Numbered from the stretch's first letter, positions 47,868 through 57,644 are shown. The stretch: 64,000 nt of DNA from Candidatus Brennerbacteria bacterium (GCA_016183535.1 JACPEK010000006.1:38015-102014), one strand, 5' to 3'. A program made the numbers and translations. The notes: generated by a model from the sequence alone, not told the origin.

Positions 47868-49322
47868 ATGCTCAAACTCTACAACACCCTGACTCGCAAA
47901 AAAGAAATCTTCCGGCCGCTCGTGAAAGGTAAGGTTGGGCTCTACACCTGCGGGCCTACCGTCTACCATTACGCGCACATCGGAAACCTGCGCACCTATA
48001 TTTTTGAGGATATCCTTGAGCGCGCGCTCACCCGAAACGGCTACGAGGTAAAGCGCGTGATGAACGTGACGGACGTGGGACACCTCACCTCGGACGCCGA
48101 CCTTGGCGAAGACAAACTGGAAAAGGGGGCAAAGCGCGAGAAGAAATCACCGTGGGACACCGCGAAATTTTATACCAAGGCGTTCCTCGCAGATCTGAAA
48201 AAACTCAACATCAAAAAACCGGAGTGCGTCGCGCCCGCCACGAAATACGTTTCGGAACAGATTGGGTTGATCGAGCGTCTCTTCGCGCGGGGCTACGCGT
48301 ACGAAACGCCGCAGGCGGTGTATTTCGATATAAGCAAGTTTGCAAATTATGGCAAACTGTCAAACACGAATTATGCGAATAGAAAAGCGCGAATGAACAC
48401 GAGTGGAAGGCATGGAAGAGCCGAGGTGGTGGAGGATCCGAAAAAACGGCATCGCGAGGACTTCGCACTGTGGTTCAAGCGCGTGGAACGCTTCAAACAC
48501 CACATCATGCACTGGAGCTCACCCTGGGGCTTGGGGTTCCCGGGGTGGCACATTGAGTGCTCGGCGATTTCTTCCGCGCTTCTGGGTCAGCCGTTCGACA
48601 TCCACACGGGAGGCGTGGACCATATCGCGGTGCACCACACGAACGAGATCGCACAATCCGAAGGCGCCTATGGAAAACCGCTCGCGCGTTACTGGATGCA
48701 CGGCGAGTTTTTGAACATGAGCGGCGGCAAAATGGCAAAATCATCCGGCGCGTTCGTCACGCTCGCCGACATGGAGAAAAAGAGATTCGATCCACTCGCC
48801 TACCGCTACTTCGTCCTCGGCGCGCATTACCGCACCCCGCTTACGTTCACGTGGACCGCGCTCCACGGCGCGGCGAACGCGCTCGAAAAACTGAAACGCA
48901 TAGTGGCAACGCTCAAAGCGACGCCACAAATCAACGCGAATAAAAAAACGCGGACTAGCACGGATAAAATTTACCGATCTTATATGAAACGGTTCAATGA
49001 GGCGATCGCGGACGATTTGAACACCCCACGGGCACTCGCGGCGCTCTGGAGCGCGGCGAATGACGCCAAGCTCACGTCGAAAGAAAAACTCGCACTCCTC
49101 CTCTCTTACGACGAAGTGCTGGGGTTTGGTTTCAAAGAGGTGAGGAAGTCTGCCCCCGTTCCACCCTCCATTCTCAAACTCGTCGAGGAGCGGGAGTTAT
49201 ACCGGCGTAATAAACAGTTTGATAAGGCAGACACCTTGCGGGCGCGCGTCGACGGGTTAGGATACACGATAGCAGACGCCCCTTCCGGGCCAGAAGTCCG
49301 AAAGGAAAATTCTAAATCCTAA
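47868..49322 (+). CDS. cysS: Cysteine--tRNA ligase
   Basis: CGPTVY, HIGN, PGWHIECS, KMAKS. Confidence 0.98.
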   Translation: MLKLYNTLTRKKEIFRPLVKGKVGLYTCGPTVYHYAHIGNLRTYIFEDILERALTRNGYEVKRVMNVTDVGHLTSDADLGEDKLEKGAKREKKSPWDTAKFYTKAFLADLKKLNIKKPECVAPATKYVSEQIGLIERLFARGYAYETPQAVYFDISKFANYGKLSNTNYANRKARMNTSGRHGRAEVVEDPKKRHREDFALWFKRVERFKHHIMHWSSPWGLGFPGWHIECSAISSALLGQPFDIHTGGVDHIAVHHTNEIAQSEGAYGKPLARYWMHGEFLNMSGGKMAKSSGAFVTLADMEKKRFDPLAYRYFVLGAHYRTPLTFTWTALHGAANALEKLKRIVATLKATPQINANKKTRTSTDKIYRSYMKRFNEAIADDLNTPRALAALWSAANDAKLTSKEKLALLLSYDEVLGFGFKEVRKSAPVPPSILKLVEERELYRRNKQFDKADTLRARVDGLGYTIADAPSGPEVRKENSKS

Positions 49323-49480
49323 TATCTAAATCCTAAATACCGATTTTATCGAGTATCCTCGACGCAGTCGGGACAAATTCGAAATCCAAAATCCGAATGT
49401 TCCAAACGTTTCGGGTTTAGTATTTTGAACATTGGGATTTGTTTATGGTTTAGGATTTCGGATTTAGAGTTTAGAGTTTT
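49307..49480. repeat. Palindromic heptamer array (AAATCCT-type / GGATTT-type)
   Basis: aaattct aaatcct aatatct aaatcct ... tttagga tttcgga tttagag tttagag between cysS and dnaB. Confidence 0.8.
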
Positions 49481-49488
49481 ATTTTTCT

Positions 49489-50838
49489 ATGCCTCCCAAA
49501 ACACCAAAACTTCCCCCGCAGGACCTTGAAGCCGAACGCTCGGTGCTCGGCGCCTTGATGCTCGACAAAACCGCAATTGTGAAAATCGCGGACACGCTCG
49601 CGCCGGACGATTTCTACCACCCGGGACATCAAAAAATCTACGCGAGCATCCTGGGACTCTTCGAGCGGGGCAACCCCATTGATCTTCTCACCGTTTCACA
49701 CGACCTCAAGGAGAAAAAACTTGTGCAGGCGGCGGGCGGCGCGGACTATCTCACCGAGCTCGTCGAGAAGGTGCCAACCGCGGCGCACGTGGAACGGTAC
49801 GCGGAGATGGTGAAGGAAAAACGCGTGCGGCGCGACCTTATTGAAGCGTCGTCGGTCGTGAATGAGCTCGCCGTGGACGGCGACGACTTCGAAACGCTCC
49901 TCGACAAGGTGGAATCGAAAGTGTTCGGCATTTCGGAACGGTCGCGCCCGCAGAAATTCGTGCCGGTGCAGTCCGAGCTTCCCGCGGCCTACGAGCGGCT
50001 CGAAAATCTGCACCGCGGCGGGCACGGCGGCTACCGCGGGGTTCCCACGGGATTCATGGGCCTCGACAACATCCTCTCGGGTCTCCAGCGATCCGACCTT
50101 ATTATCGTGGGCGCGCGCCCCTCATACGGGAAAACGACGCTCGCCCTCGATGTCGCGCGGCAGATTGCGCTCCAAGGGAAATCCGTCGGCATATTTTCCC
50201 TCGAAATGTCGAAAGATCAGATCGTGGATCGCCTGATCGCTTCGCAGGCGCAAATTCCCCTCTGGCGGCTCCGCACCGGCAAACTCTCGGATGATCTCGA
50301 ATTCGCGCTCGTCCAGCAAGCCCTGGACGAGCTCTCGAAAGCAAAGATTTTTATCGACGACACTCCCTCGCCCACCGTGCTCCAGATGCGCTCCATGGCA
50401 CGGCGCCTTCAGATTGAACACGGACTCGACCTCATAATCGTGGACTATCTCCAGCTCGTTCAGTCGCGCATAAATTCCGACAGCATGGTTCAGCAGGTAA
50501 CGGAAATTTCACGTGGGTTGAAGGCGCTCGCGCGGGAACTCGTGATTCCCGTGATCGCGGTGTCCCAGCTCTCGCGCGCGGTGGATCAGCGCGAAGTGAA
50601 AATTCCGCGCCTCTCCGATCTCCGCGAATCAGGATCGCTCGAGCAAGACGCCGACGTGGTGCTTTTCATTTACCGCAAAGATCGAGAGCGGAACGATCTT
50701 CCGCCCGAGGAGCAGAACCGCGTCGAGGTGATTATCGCAAAACACCGGAACGGCCCCCTCGGATCCGTCGAACTCCGCTTCGACCCCGAGAAGGTGAGTT
50801 TTAGGAATGTGGACACCCGCCATAGTGATGGCGAGTAA
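49489..50838 (+). CDS. dnaB: Replicative DNA helicase
   Basis: GARPSYGKT, DYLQL, SDLRESGSLEQDAD, KHRNGP. Confidence 0.98.
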   Translation: MPPKTPKLPPQDLEAERSVLGALMLDKTAIVKIADTLAPDDFYHPGHQKIYASILGLFERGNPIDLLTVSHDLKEKKLVQAAGGADYLTELVEKVPTAAHVERYAEMVKEKRVRRDLIEASSVVNELAVDGDDFETLLDKVESKVFGISERSRPQKFVPVQSELPAAYERLENLHRGGHGGYRGVPTGFMGLDNILSGLQRSDLIIVGARPSYGKTTLALDVARQIALQGKSVGIFSLEMSKDQIVDRLIASQAQIPLWRLRTGKLSDDLEFALVQQALDELSKAKIFIDDTPSPTVLQMRSMARRLQIEHGLDLIIVDYLQLVQSRINSDSMVQQVTEISRGLKALARELVIPVIAVSQLSRAVDQREVKIPRLSDLRESGSLEQDADVVLFIYRKDRERNDLPPEEQNRVEVIIAKHRNGPLGSVELRFDPEKVSFRNVDTRHSDGE

Positions 50839-50911
50839 ATTATTCTAATTGCCCTAATTAACCTTTTGATGAGAGTAATGAGAATAATGAGAAATTAGAC
50901 ATTTTTACTTC

Positions 50912-51511
50912 ATGATTCCCGACGCCATACAAAAATTCATCGCCGTGTTCGAAAAACTCCCGCCGTTCGGCCCCCGAACCGCGACCCGTCTCGCGTTCCA
51001 CCTCACAAGCCTCGACCGGAGCACGCTCGAAACTCTCATCGCGGGGCTCTCGGGCCTCAAGGAAATTGACCGGTGCCCGCGATGTTTCTTTCTTAAGGAG
51101 CGGCGGGCGCGGACATGCGCGATCTGCGCCGCGCCGGCGCGGAACCCCCGCGCGATCGCGCTCGTTGAAAAAGACACCGACATCATCTCACTCGAGCGCA
51201 CCGGCCGCTGGAAGGGACACTATCTCGTCTTCGGCGAACTGCCGGAGCACGGCGTTCTTGAAACTTCCCACCGGCTCCGCCTCGCCACGCTCGCGAAGCG
51301 CATCGCGGACGAGCTCGGAGGAAAAGCAGACGAACTGGTGCTGGCCCTGAACCCCACCGCGTTCGGCGACTTCGCGGCGGATCTCATCGCGCGGGAATTC
51401 TCGGACAAAGCCATTAAAATATCCCGCCTCGGGCGCGGAATCCCGACCGGTGGCGAGATTGAATTCGCGGACGAAGAAACGCTCGGTCAAGCATTGGAAC
51501 GCAGAACTTAG
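50912..51511 (+). CDS. recR: Recombination mediator RecR
   Basis: GPRTATRLAF, C4 zinc finger, GIPTGGEIEFAD. Confidence 0.95.
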   Translation: MIPDAIQKFIAVFEKLPPFGPRTATRLAFHLTSLDRSTLETLIAGLSGLKEIDRCPRCFFLKERRARTCAICAAPARNPRAIALVEKDTDIISLERTGRWKGHYLVFGELPEHGVLETSHRLRLATLAKRIADELGGKADELVLALNPTAFGDFAADLIAREFSDKAIKISRLGRGIPTGGEIEFADEETLGQALERRT

Positions 51512-51588
51512 GCACTAGACATGAGGCTCTAGGCACTAGCAAATAAAAAGCGAGCGCTAACGCCCAAAGCTTAGCGCCTAAAGCCTAG
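51509..51588. repeat. Palindromic heptamer array (TAGGCAC-type / GCCTA-type)
   Basis: taggcac tagacat gaggctc taggcac tagc ... gcgcta acgccca aagctta gcgccta aagccta. Confidence 0.75.
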
Positions 51589-51896
51589 ATTTTAGTAATT
51601 TCCACCTTCGTGTACTTCTGCCGATGCGTTTTAAGCTTGCGGTAGCGGGTTTTCGAGTGGTACCGAAAAACAATCTTCCGCTCCCCCCTTTCCTCGTCCA
51701 CCACCTTGCCTTCCACATGCGCGCCTTTTATGTACGGCGCACCCATCTCCACCCGCTCTCCGTCGGCAACGAGGAGCACGCGGTCGAATTTCAGCGCACT
51801 TCCTTTTGTTTCCGGGAGTTTCTCCACAGTAAGCGCCGTACCCGGCGCTACCTTGTATTGCTTGCCGCCAGTTTCGATAATTGCAAATTTTGACAT
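51585..51896 (-). CDS. rplU: 50S ribosomal protein L21
   Basis: AIIETGGKQYKV, HRQKYT. Confidence 0.97.
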   Translation of the reverse strand: MSKFAIIETGGKQYKVAPGTALTVEKLPETKGSALKFDRVLLVADGERVEMGAPYIKGAHVEGKVVDEERGERKIVFRYHSKTRYRKLKTHRQKYTKVEITKI

Positions 51897-51936
51897 AGCC
51901 GTTCCATCTTACTAAAACCGCGGGGAATGTCAAAAC

Positions 51937-51960
51937 AAAAATCCCCCGGAGGGGATTTTT
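51937..51960 (-). terminator. Rho-independent terminator
   Basis: aaaaatcccc-cgga-ggggattttt. Confidence 0.75.
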
Positions 51961-51982
51961 GTGGTTTTGTTCTCGCGGAAAC

Positions 51983-52666
51983 CTACCGCTGTTCGGTGTG
52001 TTCGCGGAGCCGATTCACGAGCGACGCGGCGTAATCTTTCCCGCCCAAGCCAAACGCGATGCCGCCGGCGAGCGCAAGCATAGCGACGAATCCCGTCACG
52101 ATGGAGTTCACGATCGCCACCGCAATCCCCAACTGGGAGAGCGCCGCGAGAAACCCGAACACCGTTACCGCCCACCACGTGAGCGAACCCAGGAAATTCG
52201 AGGCGTGGAGCTGGGCGCCCTTCACGGATGCACGCACGAGATGCCGAAGCGTATTCGCGATCACCACCGCGGCGAGCATGATCAATACCGCCACGATGAC
52301 GTTCGGAATGTACAGAAGCACTTCCCGGAGGAAAGTGGAAAGCGAGTAGAAGCCCAAAATGTCGCTTGCCGCAAGCAGGAACACGATCACGAGGAACCAA
52401 TACACGAGCTTTCCGAAGAACCGCGCGCTATTGAGCTGGATCCCCGCCCGGTCGAAGTGCTGTTTAACCCCCAAACTCGCGAGACCGCGATCGAGCTTCA
52501 CCAAAGCGATTACCCGCTCGACAAGCGTCCCGAGACCCGACGCCACGATGAGTCCGATGATCAAAATGATCAAAGCGCCCACAATGTTCGCCATCACGCC
52601 CAAAGTGCCGGCCCACAGGCTCTGGAGGGAACCCACGATAACCGACGTCCAATCTTGAAGAATCAT
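51983..52666 (-). CDS. TM-helix-repeat membrane protein (CmpX / MscS TM-like)
   Basis: YIPNVIVAVLI, AFGLGGKD. Confidence 0.8.
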   Translation of the reverse strand: MILQDWTSVIVGSLQSLWAGTLGVMANIVGALIILIIGLIVASGLGTLVERVIALVKLDRGLASLGVKQHFDRAGIQLNSARFFGKLVYWFLVIVFLLAASDILGFYSLSTFLREVLLYIPNVIVAVLIMLAAVVIANTLRHLVRASVKGAQLHASNFLGSLTWWAVTVFGFLAALSQLGIAVAIVNSIVTGFVAMLALAGGIAFGLGGKDYAASLVNRLREHTEQR

Positions 52667-52728
52667 TGGTATGTGATAAATTTGAATTCGATTCGACCTT
52701 TGAAGCCTTACGGGAATCATTATATCAA

Positions 52729-53169
52729 ATGTCGCGCGGCACACCCACCCTGGTTATCCTCACCTTCCTCGTTCTCACGATGAACCATCTCGCGTCCGTT
52801 TTCGGTTGGTATACCGAGCTTCCGTGGTTCGATATGGTGATGCACGCGCTTGGAGGGGCGTGGATCGCCGCAATCGCCATCGTGGTCGGCGCACGGCGTT
52901 TCCCGAACTTTTTTGGCGTTCCGTTTCCTAAAAACTTGCTCCGCGTAGTGATCGCTGTGTTGGCGGCGGGAGCGCTCTGGGAGGTCTACGAGCTGGGGTT
53001 CGCGGCGTGGGCCACCGCCGCCCACGGCGACCTCGGATTTTATCAACCATGGACCGATACCGCGTCGGATTTCTTTTTCGACGCGGCGGGCGCGGCGTTC
53101 GCCGGCACATTGCTCCTCAACTTTTCCCGCGGTGGTGATTTGCGAGCACCGCGAGATCGCGCGCTTTGA
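52729..53169 (+). CDS. Membrane protein, possible metal-binding hydrolase-like
   Basis: WFDMVMHALGG, LWEVYE, DTASD. Confidence 0.7.
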   Translation: MSRGTPTLVILTFLVLTMNHLASVFGWYTELPWFDMVMHALGGAWIAAIAIVVGARRFPNFFGVPFPKNLLRVVIAVLAAGALWEVYELGFAAWATAAHGDLGFYQPWTDTASDFFFDAAGAAFAGTLLLNFSRGGDLRAPRDRAL

Positions 53170-54817
53170 GCTCTTCCAATACTTTCATTTCCGGATCAAG
53201 GCCAAGCGTGCGGCCAAAATATTGCCCCGCGGTAAAGTGCGGGAGAAGCACGTAGTCGGCGGAGTGCGCGTAGAGTATGCGCGCTTCGTCCTCCGTTTCC
53301 GCGCGCATCACGAGCTTGGGACGTATTGGACGTTTCGAAAATCCTTCGAGAAGCGTCAGGTTGTCTTCGAGTTCCGGACTGGTGGAAATAAGAAGGCGCG
53401 CCTCGCCCGCATTCGCCGTTTCCACGATCTCGCGGTCGCGCGCGTCGCCGAAGAGGCACACGAACCCGCGCGCAGTCATGCGTCGAATAACTTCCGGGTC
53501 AAAGTCCACCACGAGCACCTTCTCGCGCGGCAAGCTCATGGCAATCACTTCTCCGGTTCGGTGGCATCCCACGAGCACGATGGGTTTATGAAACCCCTCC
53601 TGCGGCACTTCAATCTCTTTCGTATGCCGCTTCTCGAAAATCGAGAGGAGGGGGGCGAGACGCCGATAGATTTCGTCCGCGCGGGTAATCATATAAACCG
53701 AGAACGCGATGGTGATGACGCCGACCGCGGTCGTCGTGGCAACTACGTCTCCGCCTACGTGCCCCGCGGCCGCTCCCATCGCGACGAGAATGAAGCTGAA
53801 TTCCGAGATTTGGGCGGTTGTGATGCCAGAGAAAAAACTCGTCCGCCTCCGGTATCCCATAAGTCCCATCACGACGAGGACGATCAGGGGGTTTCCGACG
53901 AGTACAAAGAGCGAAAGCGCCGCCACGGGAACGGCGACCGGCAAAACACTCGAGAACGACACCGATGCGCCGAGGATCACAAAGAAAACGAGAATGAAAA
54001 AGTCGCGCAAAGGCGCAATGCGGCTCGCAATCTGAAAACGCTCGGATGAATTCGCGAGGGCGAGACCCGCCATGAAGCCCGCGATCTCTATCGAAAACCC
54101 AAGTTTGGAAACCGCGACCACCACCGAAAAAAGCCACGCAAGCGAGATGAGGAAGAGGAGCTCTTCCGAGCGCGCCACGCGGTCGAAAAGCGGCGGAAGC
54201 GCCTTCCTGCCGAGCCATAACATAATCAAAAAAAGCGCGATCCCCCCCGCAATGGTTACTGCCGAAGCGAGAATCGGATGCACCGCAATGCCCCACCAAT
54301 TAAGTTCCGCGCCCGCGCCGGAAAGAAAAAGAAGAATGAGGATGGCGACCGCGTCCTGCACGAGGAGAAAACCGACGCTGATCCTCCCGTACAAACTCTG
54401 GAGATCCTTCCGATCGGAGAGAAGTTTTACGACGATGATAGTCGACGAGAAAGTCAGAGCCACCGCAAGGTAAAGCGCGGGGAGAGTTTCAAATCCGAGA
54501 AGCAACGAAAGTCCATACCCCAAGGCGGCGGTAAAAACAATCTGCCCGAGTCCCACCAACACGGACGCTTTTCCCACGAGCCGGAGCGACGCGTAGTTTA
54601 CCTCGAGCCCCACCAGAAAGAGAAGGAACATGATGCCGAGACTCGAGAAGAGGCGGAAAGTTTCCTGCGCGATGAGGTCAGTGAAGCCAAGCGCGCCGAT
54701 AAGGATGCCGGTCACGAGGTACGCGAGAATAACCGGCTGGCGAAACATCTTGGCGACAACGCCGAGCGCCGCCGCAATCAGGACTACCGCCGCAAGTTCA
54801 ATTATGCCTTCTGCCAT
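53117..54817 (-). CDS. Kef-type cation:proton antiporter with TrkA-N domain
   Basis: LLFLVGLE, FSST, QISEFSF, C-terminal RCK domain. Confidence 0.92.
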   Translation of the reverse strand: MAEGIIELAAVVLIAAALGVVAKMFRQPVILAYLVTGILIGALGFTDLIAQETFRLFSSLGIMFLLFLVGLEVNYASLRLVGKASVLVGLGQIVFTAALGYGLSLLLGFETLPALYLAVALTFSSTIIVVKLLSDRKDLQSLYGRISVGFLLVQDAVAILILLFLSGAGAELNWWGIAVHPILASAVTIAGGIALFLIMLWLGRKALPPLFDRVARSEELLFLISLAWLFSVVVAVSKLGFSIEIAGFMAGLALANSSERFQIASRIAPLRDFFILVFFVILGASVSFSSVLPVAVPVAALSLFVLVGNPLIVLVVMGLMGYRRRTSFFSGITTAQISEFSFILVAMGAAAGHVGGDVVATTTAVGVITIAFSVYMITRADEIYRRLAPLLSIFEKRHTKEIEVPQEGFHKPIVLVGCHRTGEVIAMSLPREKVLVVDFDPEVIRRMTARGFVCLFGDARDREIVETANAGEARLLISTSPELEDNLTLLEGFSKRPIRPKLVMRAETEDEARILYAHSADYVLLPHFTAGQYFGRTLGLDPEMKVLEELKARDLAVLANHHRGKS

Positions 54818-55069
54818 GGTACGGTTTTATTGTACAAAAACGATTCGATAATTCCGACTTTATTTGGAACATCTGCTAAAAAGCGCGGAGAGGGGTGGCG
54901 CTCAAGATATTCTGTACGTCTTCCCATCCCGTCGGAAATGCAAAGTTATAACGTGCCGGTACCGCAAATACATAGCGCGCATTACGACCCAGTTCGCTGG
55001 AGTTGACCGGAGCGGCGCCGATATGGAATCAGGAGTGGTTTCAACTAAATCACTTTCTCCCGCACAAAG

Positions 55070-55156
55070 CGGAAGGGGCGAGATTCGAACTCGCGAGAGG
55101 ATTTCTCCCCTACAGTCTTTCCAGGACTGCGCCTTAGACCACTCGGCCACCCTTCC
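55070..55156 (-). tRNA. tRNA-Ser(GGA), no encoded CCA
   Basis: GGAAGGG acceptor, CAGTC-CTGGAAA-GACTG anticodon arm, long variable arm, GCGAG-TTCGAAT-CTCGC. Confidence 0.96.
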
Positions 55157-55394
55157 GCTTTGTGCGGGATTGCGTTTTATAACCTCGCTTTACTTCAGAC
55201 AAAACCGGAACAAGCATGCATACTAAACCACCATACGATCCTTCCACACAAAAGAAAATAAAAATTGTCGAGGATCATCGATTTTACCGCCCCCACGGGC
55301 AGGCTGAAATTGCGACAGAACTTCCGCTTCGACCGCTCGCGTACCCTTCCCTGCACACCACTGCCATTGTAGACAACTTACACAAACTTTCAAA

Positions 55395-55447
55395 CACCAT
55401 GGTATCACACTTAATCGCGATAGCATATTAAGTGTGATACCATGGTG
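55395..55447. promoter_or_regulatory. 21-bp perfect inverted repeat with 11-nt spacer, putative operator
   Basis: caccatggtatcacacttaat-cgcgatagcat-attaagtgtgataccatggtg. Confidence 0.75.
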
Positions 55448-55455
55448 GCGTGACT

Positions 55456-56031
55456 ATGAGGCACGCGGGAATAAGAAAAGGATCAAAACCTCACCACATC
55501 CTCAAAACGGTTCTCGCGTGCGGAGGAATTTTGCTCCTCGGTTCCATTTCCCCCGCGAGCGGGGCGGTTCTCGCGCGAAATCTTTTGCAACTGTACTTTC
55601 GAAACAAAAGAATGGGGAAGGAGAGATTTCTCCAGGATCTCAAACGGCTCCAAAACCGAAAACTTATCGATTATATCCACCTGCCGGATGGAAAGGTGAA
55701 AATCACTCTCACCGCGCGCGGGAAAAATAAGGTTCTCATGTATAACTTCGACGAGATGCGCTTAAAAACGCATGGGTGGGATGGGAAGTGGCGCATGATC
55801 ATCTTCGACATCCCCGATAGACAAAAACGAGCACGGGAAGCGTTGCGGCAAAAAATGAGGGAGATGGATTTCTATCCACTTCAAAAGAGCGTGTTCATTA
55901 CTCCCTATCCATGCGAGGACGAGATTGACTTCATTTGCGGTATTTTTGAGATAAATCGGAATAATGTTTTACTGCTCGAAATTAGCCGCTTTGAAGGATC
56001 AGAAAAACTGAAACGCCATTTCCGCCTCTAA
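55456..56031 (+). CDS. PaaX-like regulator (wHTH plus Cas2-like fold domain)
   Basis: LTARGK, WDGKWRMIIFDIP, LQKSVFITPYPC. Confidence 0.85.
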   Translation: MRHAGIRKGSKPHHILKTVLACGGILLLGSISPASGAVLARNLLQLYFRNKRMGKERFLQDLKRLQNRKLIDYIHLPDGKVKITLTARGKNKVLMYNFDEMRLKTHGWDGKWRMIIFDIPDRQKRAREALRQKMREMDFYPLQKSVFITPYPCEDEIDFICGIFEINRNNVLLLEISRFEGSEKLKRHFRL

Positions 56032-56057
56032 AAATAGTTACCCCTCCCAAGAACAGA

Positions 56058-56096
56058 ATATCACACTTATCTGCGATAGCATGTTAAATGTGATAT
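56058..56096. repeat. Degenerate direct copy of the 55402-55440 palindrome
   Basis: atatcacacttatctgcgatagcatgttaaatgtgatat. Confidence 0.75.
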
Positions 56097-56133
56097 ACCT
56101 CGTTCCCTTTGAAACACCGATTATTTAAAAAAT

Positions 56134-57012
56134 CTACCACCGCCCGGAGGCGCCACCGCCGCCCGAGTGGCCGCCGCCGAAGCCGCCAAATCCCCCGCCG
56201 CCCCATCCGCCGCGTCCGCCGTGCGGCCCACCGCCGATCCACCACGGGAAATGCCCGGTGATTTTCCCCCGCCCATACGCCCGCGACACGAGAAAATCAA
56301 AGAGCAGGCCAAGCGGCGTAAGCACCGCGACGGCGACAAAACCGCTCCACAAAAATCCGAAGATAAATCCCAACACAACGCCCGCAACGCCGCCCACAAC
56401 GCCACCCGCCCACCACGATTTTGAGCGCCCAAGAATGCTTGCGAGCCAGACCGGAACAAAGAAGACAAGCCAGAACCAATCGAAATCAACGGGCATGCGC
56501 GTGGTCGGTGGCACATATTCGCCGCCGATCGCTTCGATCATCGCATCCACCGCCGCGCCAATGCCGACGGCATACTCCCCGTCGCGGAACGCGGGGACGA
56601 TGATATTATTTATAACCGCCGCGCTTTCAAGGTCGGTCAGCTCCGGTTCCAAACCATACCCCACCTCGATCCGCACCGCGCGTTCGTCCCGCGCGATGAG
56701 AAGGAGCGCCCCGTTGTCCTGTGGCTCCTTTCCTATCCCCCATTCTTCGAAGAGTCGTACCGCATAGTCCTCGACGGTATCGCCGCCAAGCGAAGAAATG
56801 GCAACCACCGCAATTTCGTTCCCGCTTGATTGCGCGTATGTGGAAAGTTTCGATTCTAACCCCTCGATTCCGCTCGGATCAAACATCCCCGCGAAATCAT
56901 TTACAAACCCGCGCGGCGCACCCGGACTCATATATGCAAAAACCGTAAGGGGCGCGAGGAGCGCGAGGAGCGCGGTGCGTGCAAGATTTTTCAGTTTTAA
57001 TATCCCCGCCAT
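56134..57012 (-). CDS. TPM-domain protein (YgcG-like)
   Basis: VNDFAG, WGIG...DNGALL, RIEVGYGLE, Gly-rich tail SGGGGASGRW. Confidence 0.92.
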   Translation of the reverse strand: MAGILKLKNLARTALLALLAPLTVFAYMSPGAPRGFVNDFAGMFDPSGIEGLESKLSTYAQSSGNEIAVVAISSLGGDTVEDYAVRLFEEWGIGKEPQDNGALLLIARDERAVRIEVGYGLEPELTDLESAAVINNIIVPAFRDGEYAVGIGAAVDAMIEAIGGEYVPPTTRMPVDFDWFWLVFFVPVWLASILGRSKSWWAGGVVGGVAGVVLGFIFGFLWSGFVAVAVLTPLGLLFDFLVSRAYGRGKITGHFPWWIGGGPHGGRGGWGGGGFGGFGGGHSGGGGASGRW

Positions 57013-57083
57013 ATCAAATCAATCGCGGCGAGGGTACTATACTTAAGCATAGTACCCTCGTTGCTTACCTCGTTTCTGCGACA

Positions 57084-57644
57084 CTAGAGTTCCACCCGCG
57101 GAGCGTTTTCAGCGCCCTCCGCCGCTTCGAAGTAGGCGCGCTCGCCAAAATCAAACATGCCCGCGACCACGTTTCCCGGAAAGCGCTTCACCACCACATT
57201 GAGGTCACGCACGGCATCGTTGAAGCGACGCCGTTCCACCGACACGCGGTTTTCCGTTCCCTCAAGCTCCGTCATGAGATTTGTAACGCTTTCTGTAGAT
57301 CGGAGTTGCGGGTAGTTCTCCATGACCACAAGAAGACGCGCCAAGGCGCTTTCCACTCCGGTCGCGGCCGCGGCCTTTTCATCCACCGTCGCGGCGCCCG
57401 CGTATCGCGTGCGCGCCTCGGCTAAAACGCCGAACACTTCCTGCTCCTGCGCCATAATCCCCTTCACTGATTCGACGAGATTCGGGATGAGATCGAACCT
57501 GCGTTGATACGCGGTCTCGACCTGCGCCCACTGGTTGTCGACCGCCTCATTCTTCCCCACAAACCCGTTATACGCGCTCCACCCGTAGAAGAGCGCCACC
57601 GCCACGATGCCGACCGCAATCCACCATTTCTTGTTCATGTCCAT
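57084..57644 (-). CDS. lemA: LemA family protein
   Basis: YQRRFDLIPNLV, ENYPQL, LEGTENR. Confidence 0.95.
   Translation of the reverse strand: MDMNKKWWIAVGIVAVALFYGWSAYNGFVGKNEAVDNQWAQVETAYQRRFDLIPNLVESVKGIMAQEQEVFGVLAEARTRYAGAATVDEKAAAATGVESALARLLVVMENYPQLRSTESVTNLMTELEGTENRVSVERRRFNDAVRDLNVVVKRFPGNVVAGMFDFGERAYFEAAEGAENAPRVEL

Noticed and set aside
55456-56031. Cas2 gene or CRISPR locus
   Set aside because: The Cas2-like motif is part of a PaaX-type protein; no other cas genes and no repeat-spacer array in the window
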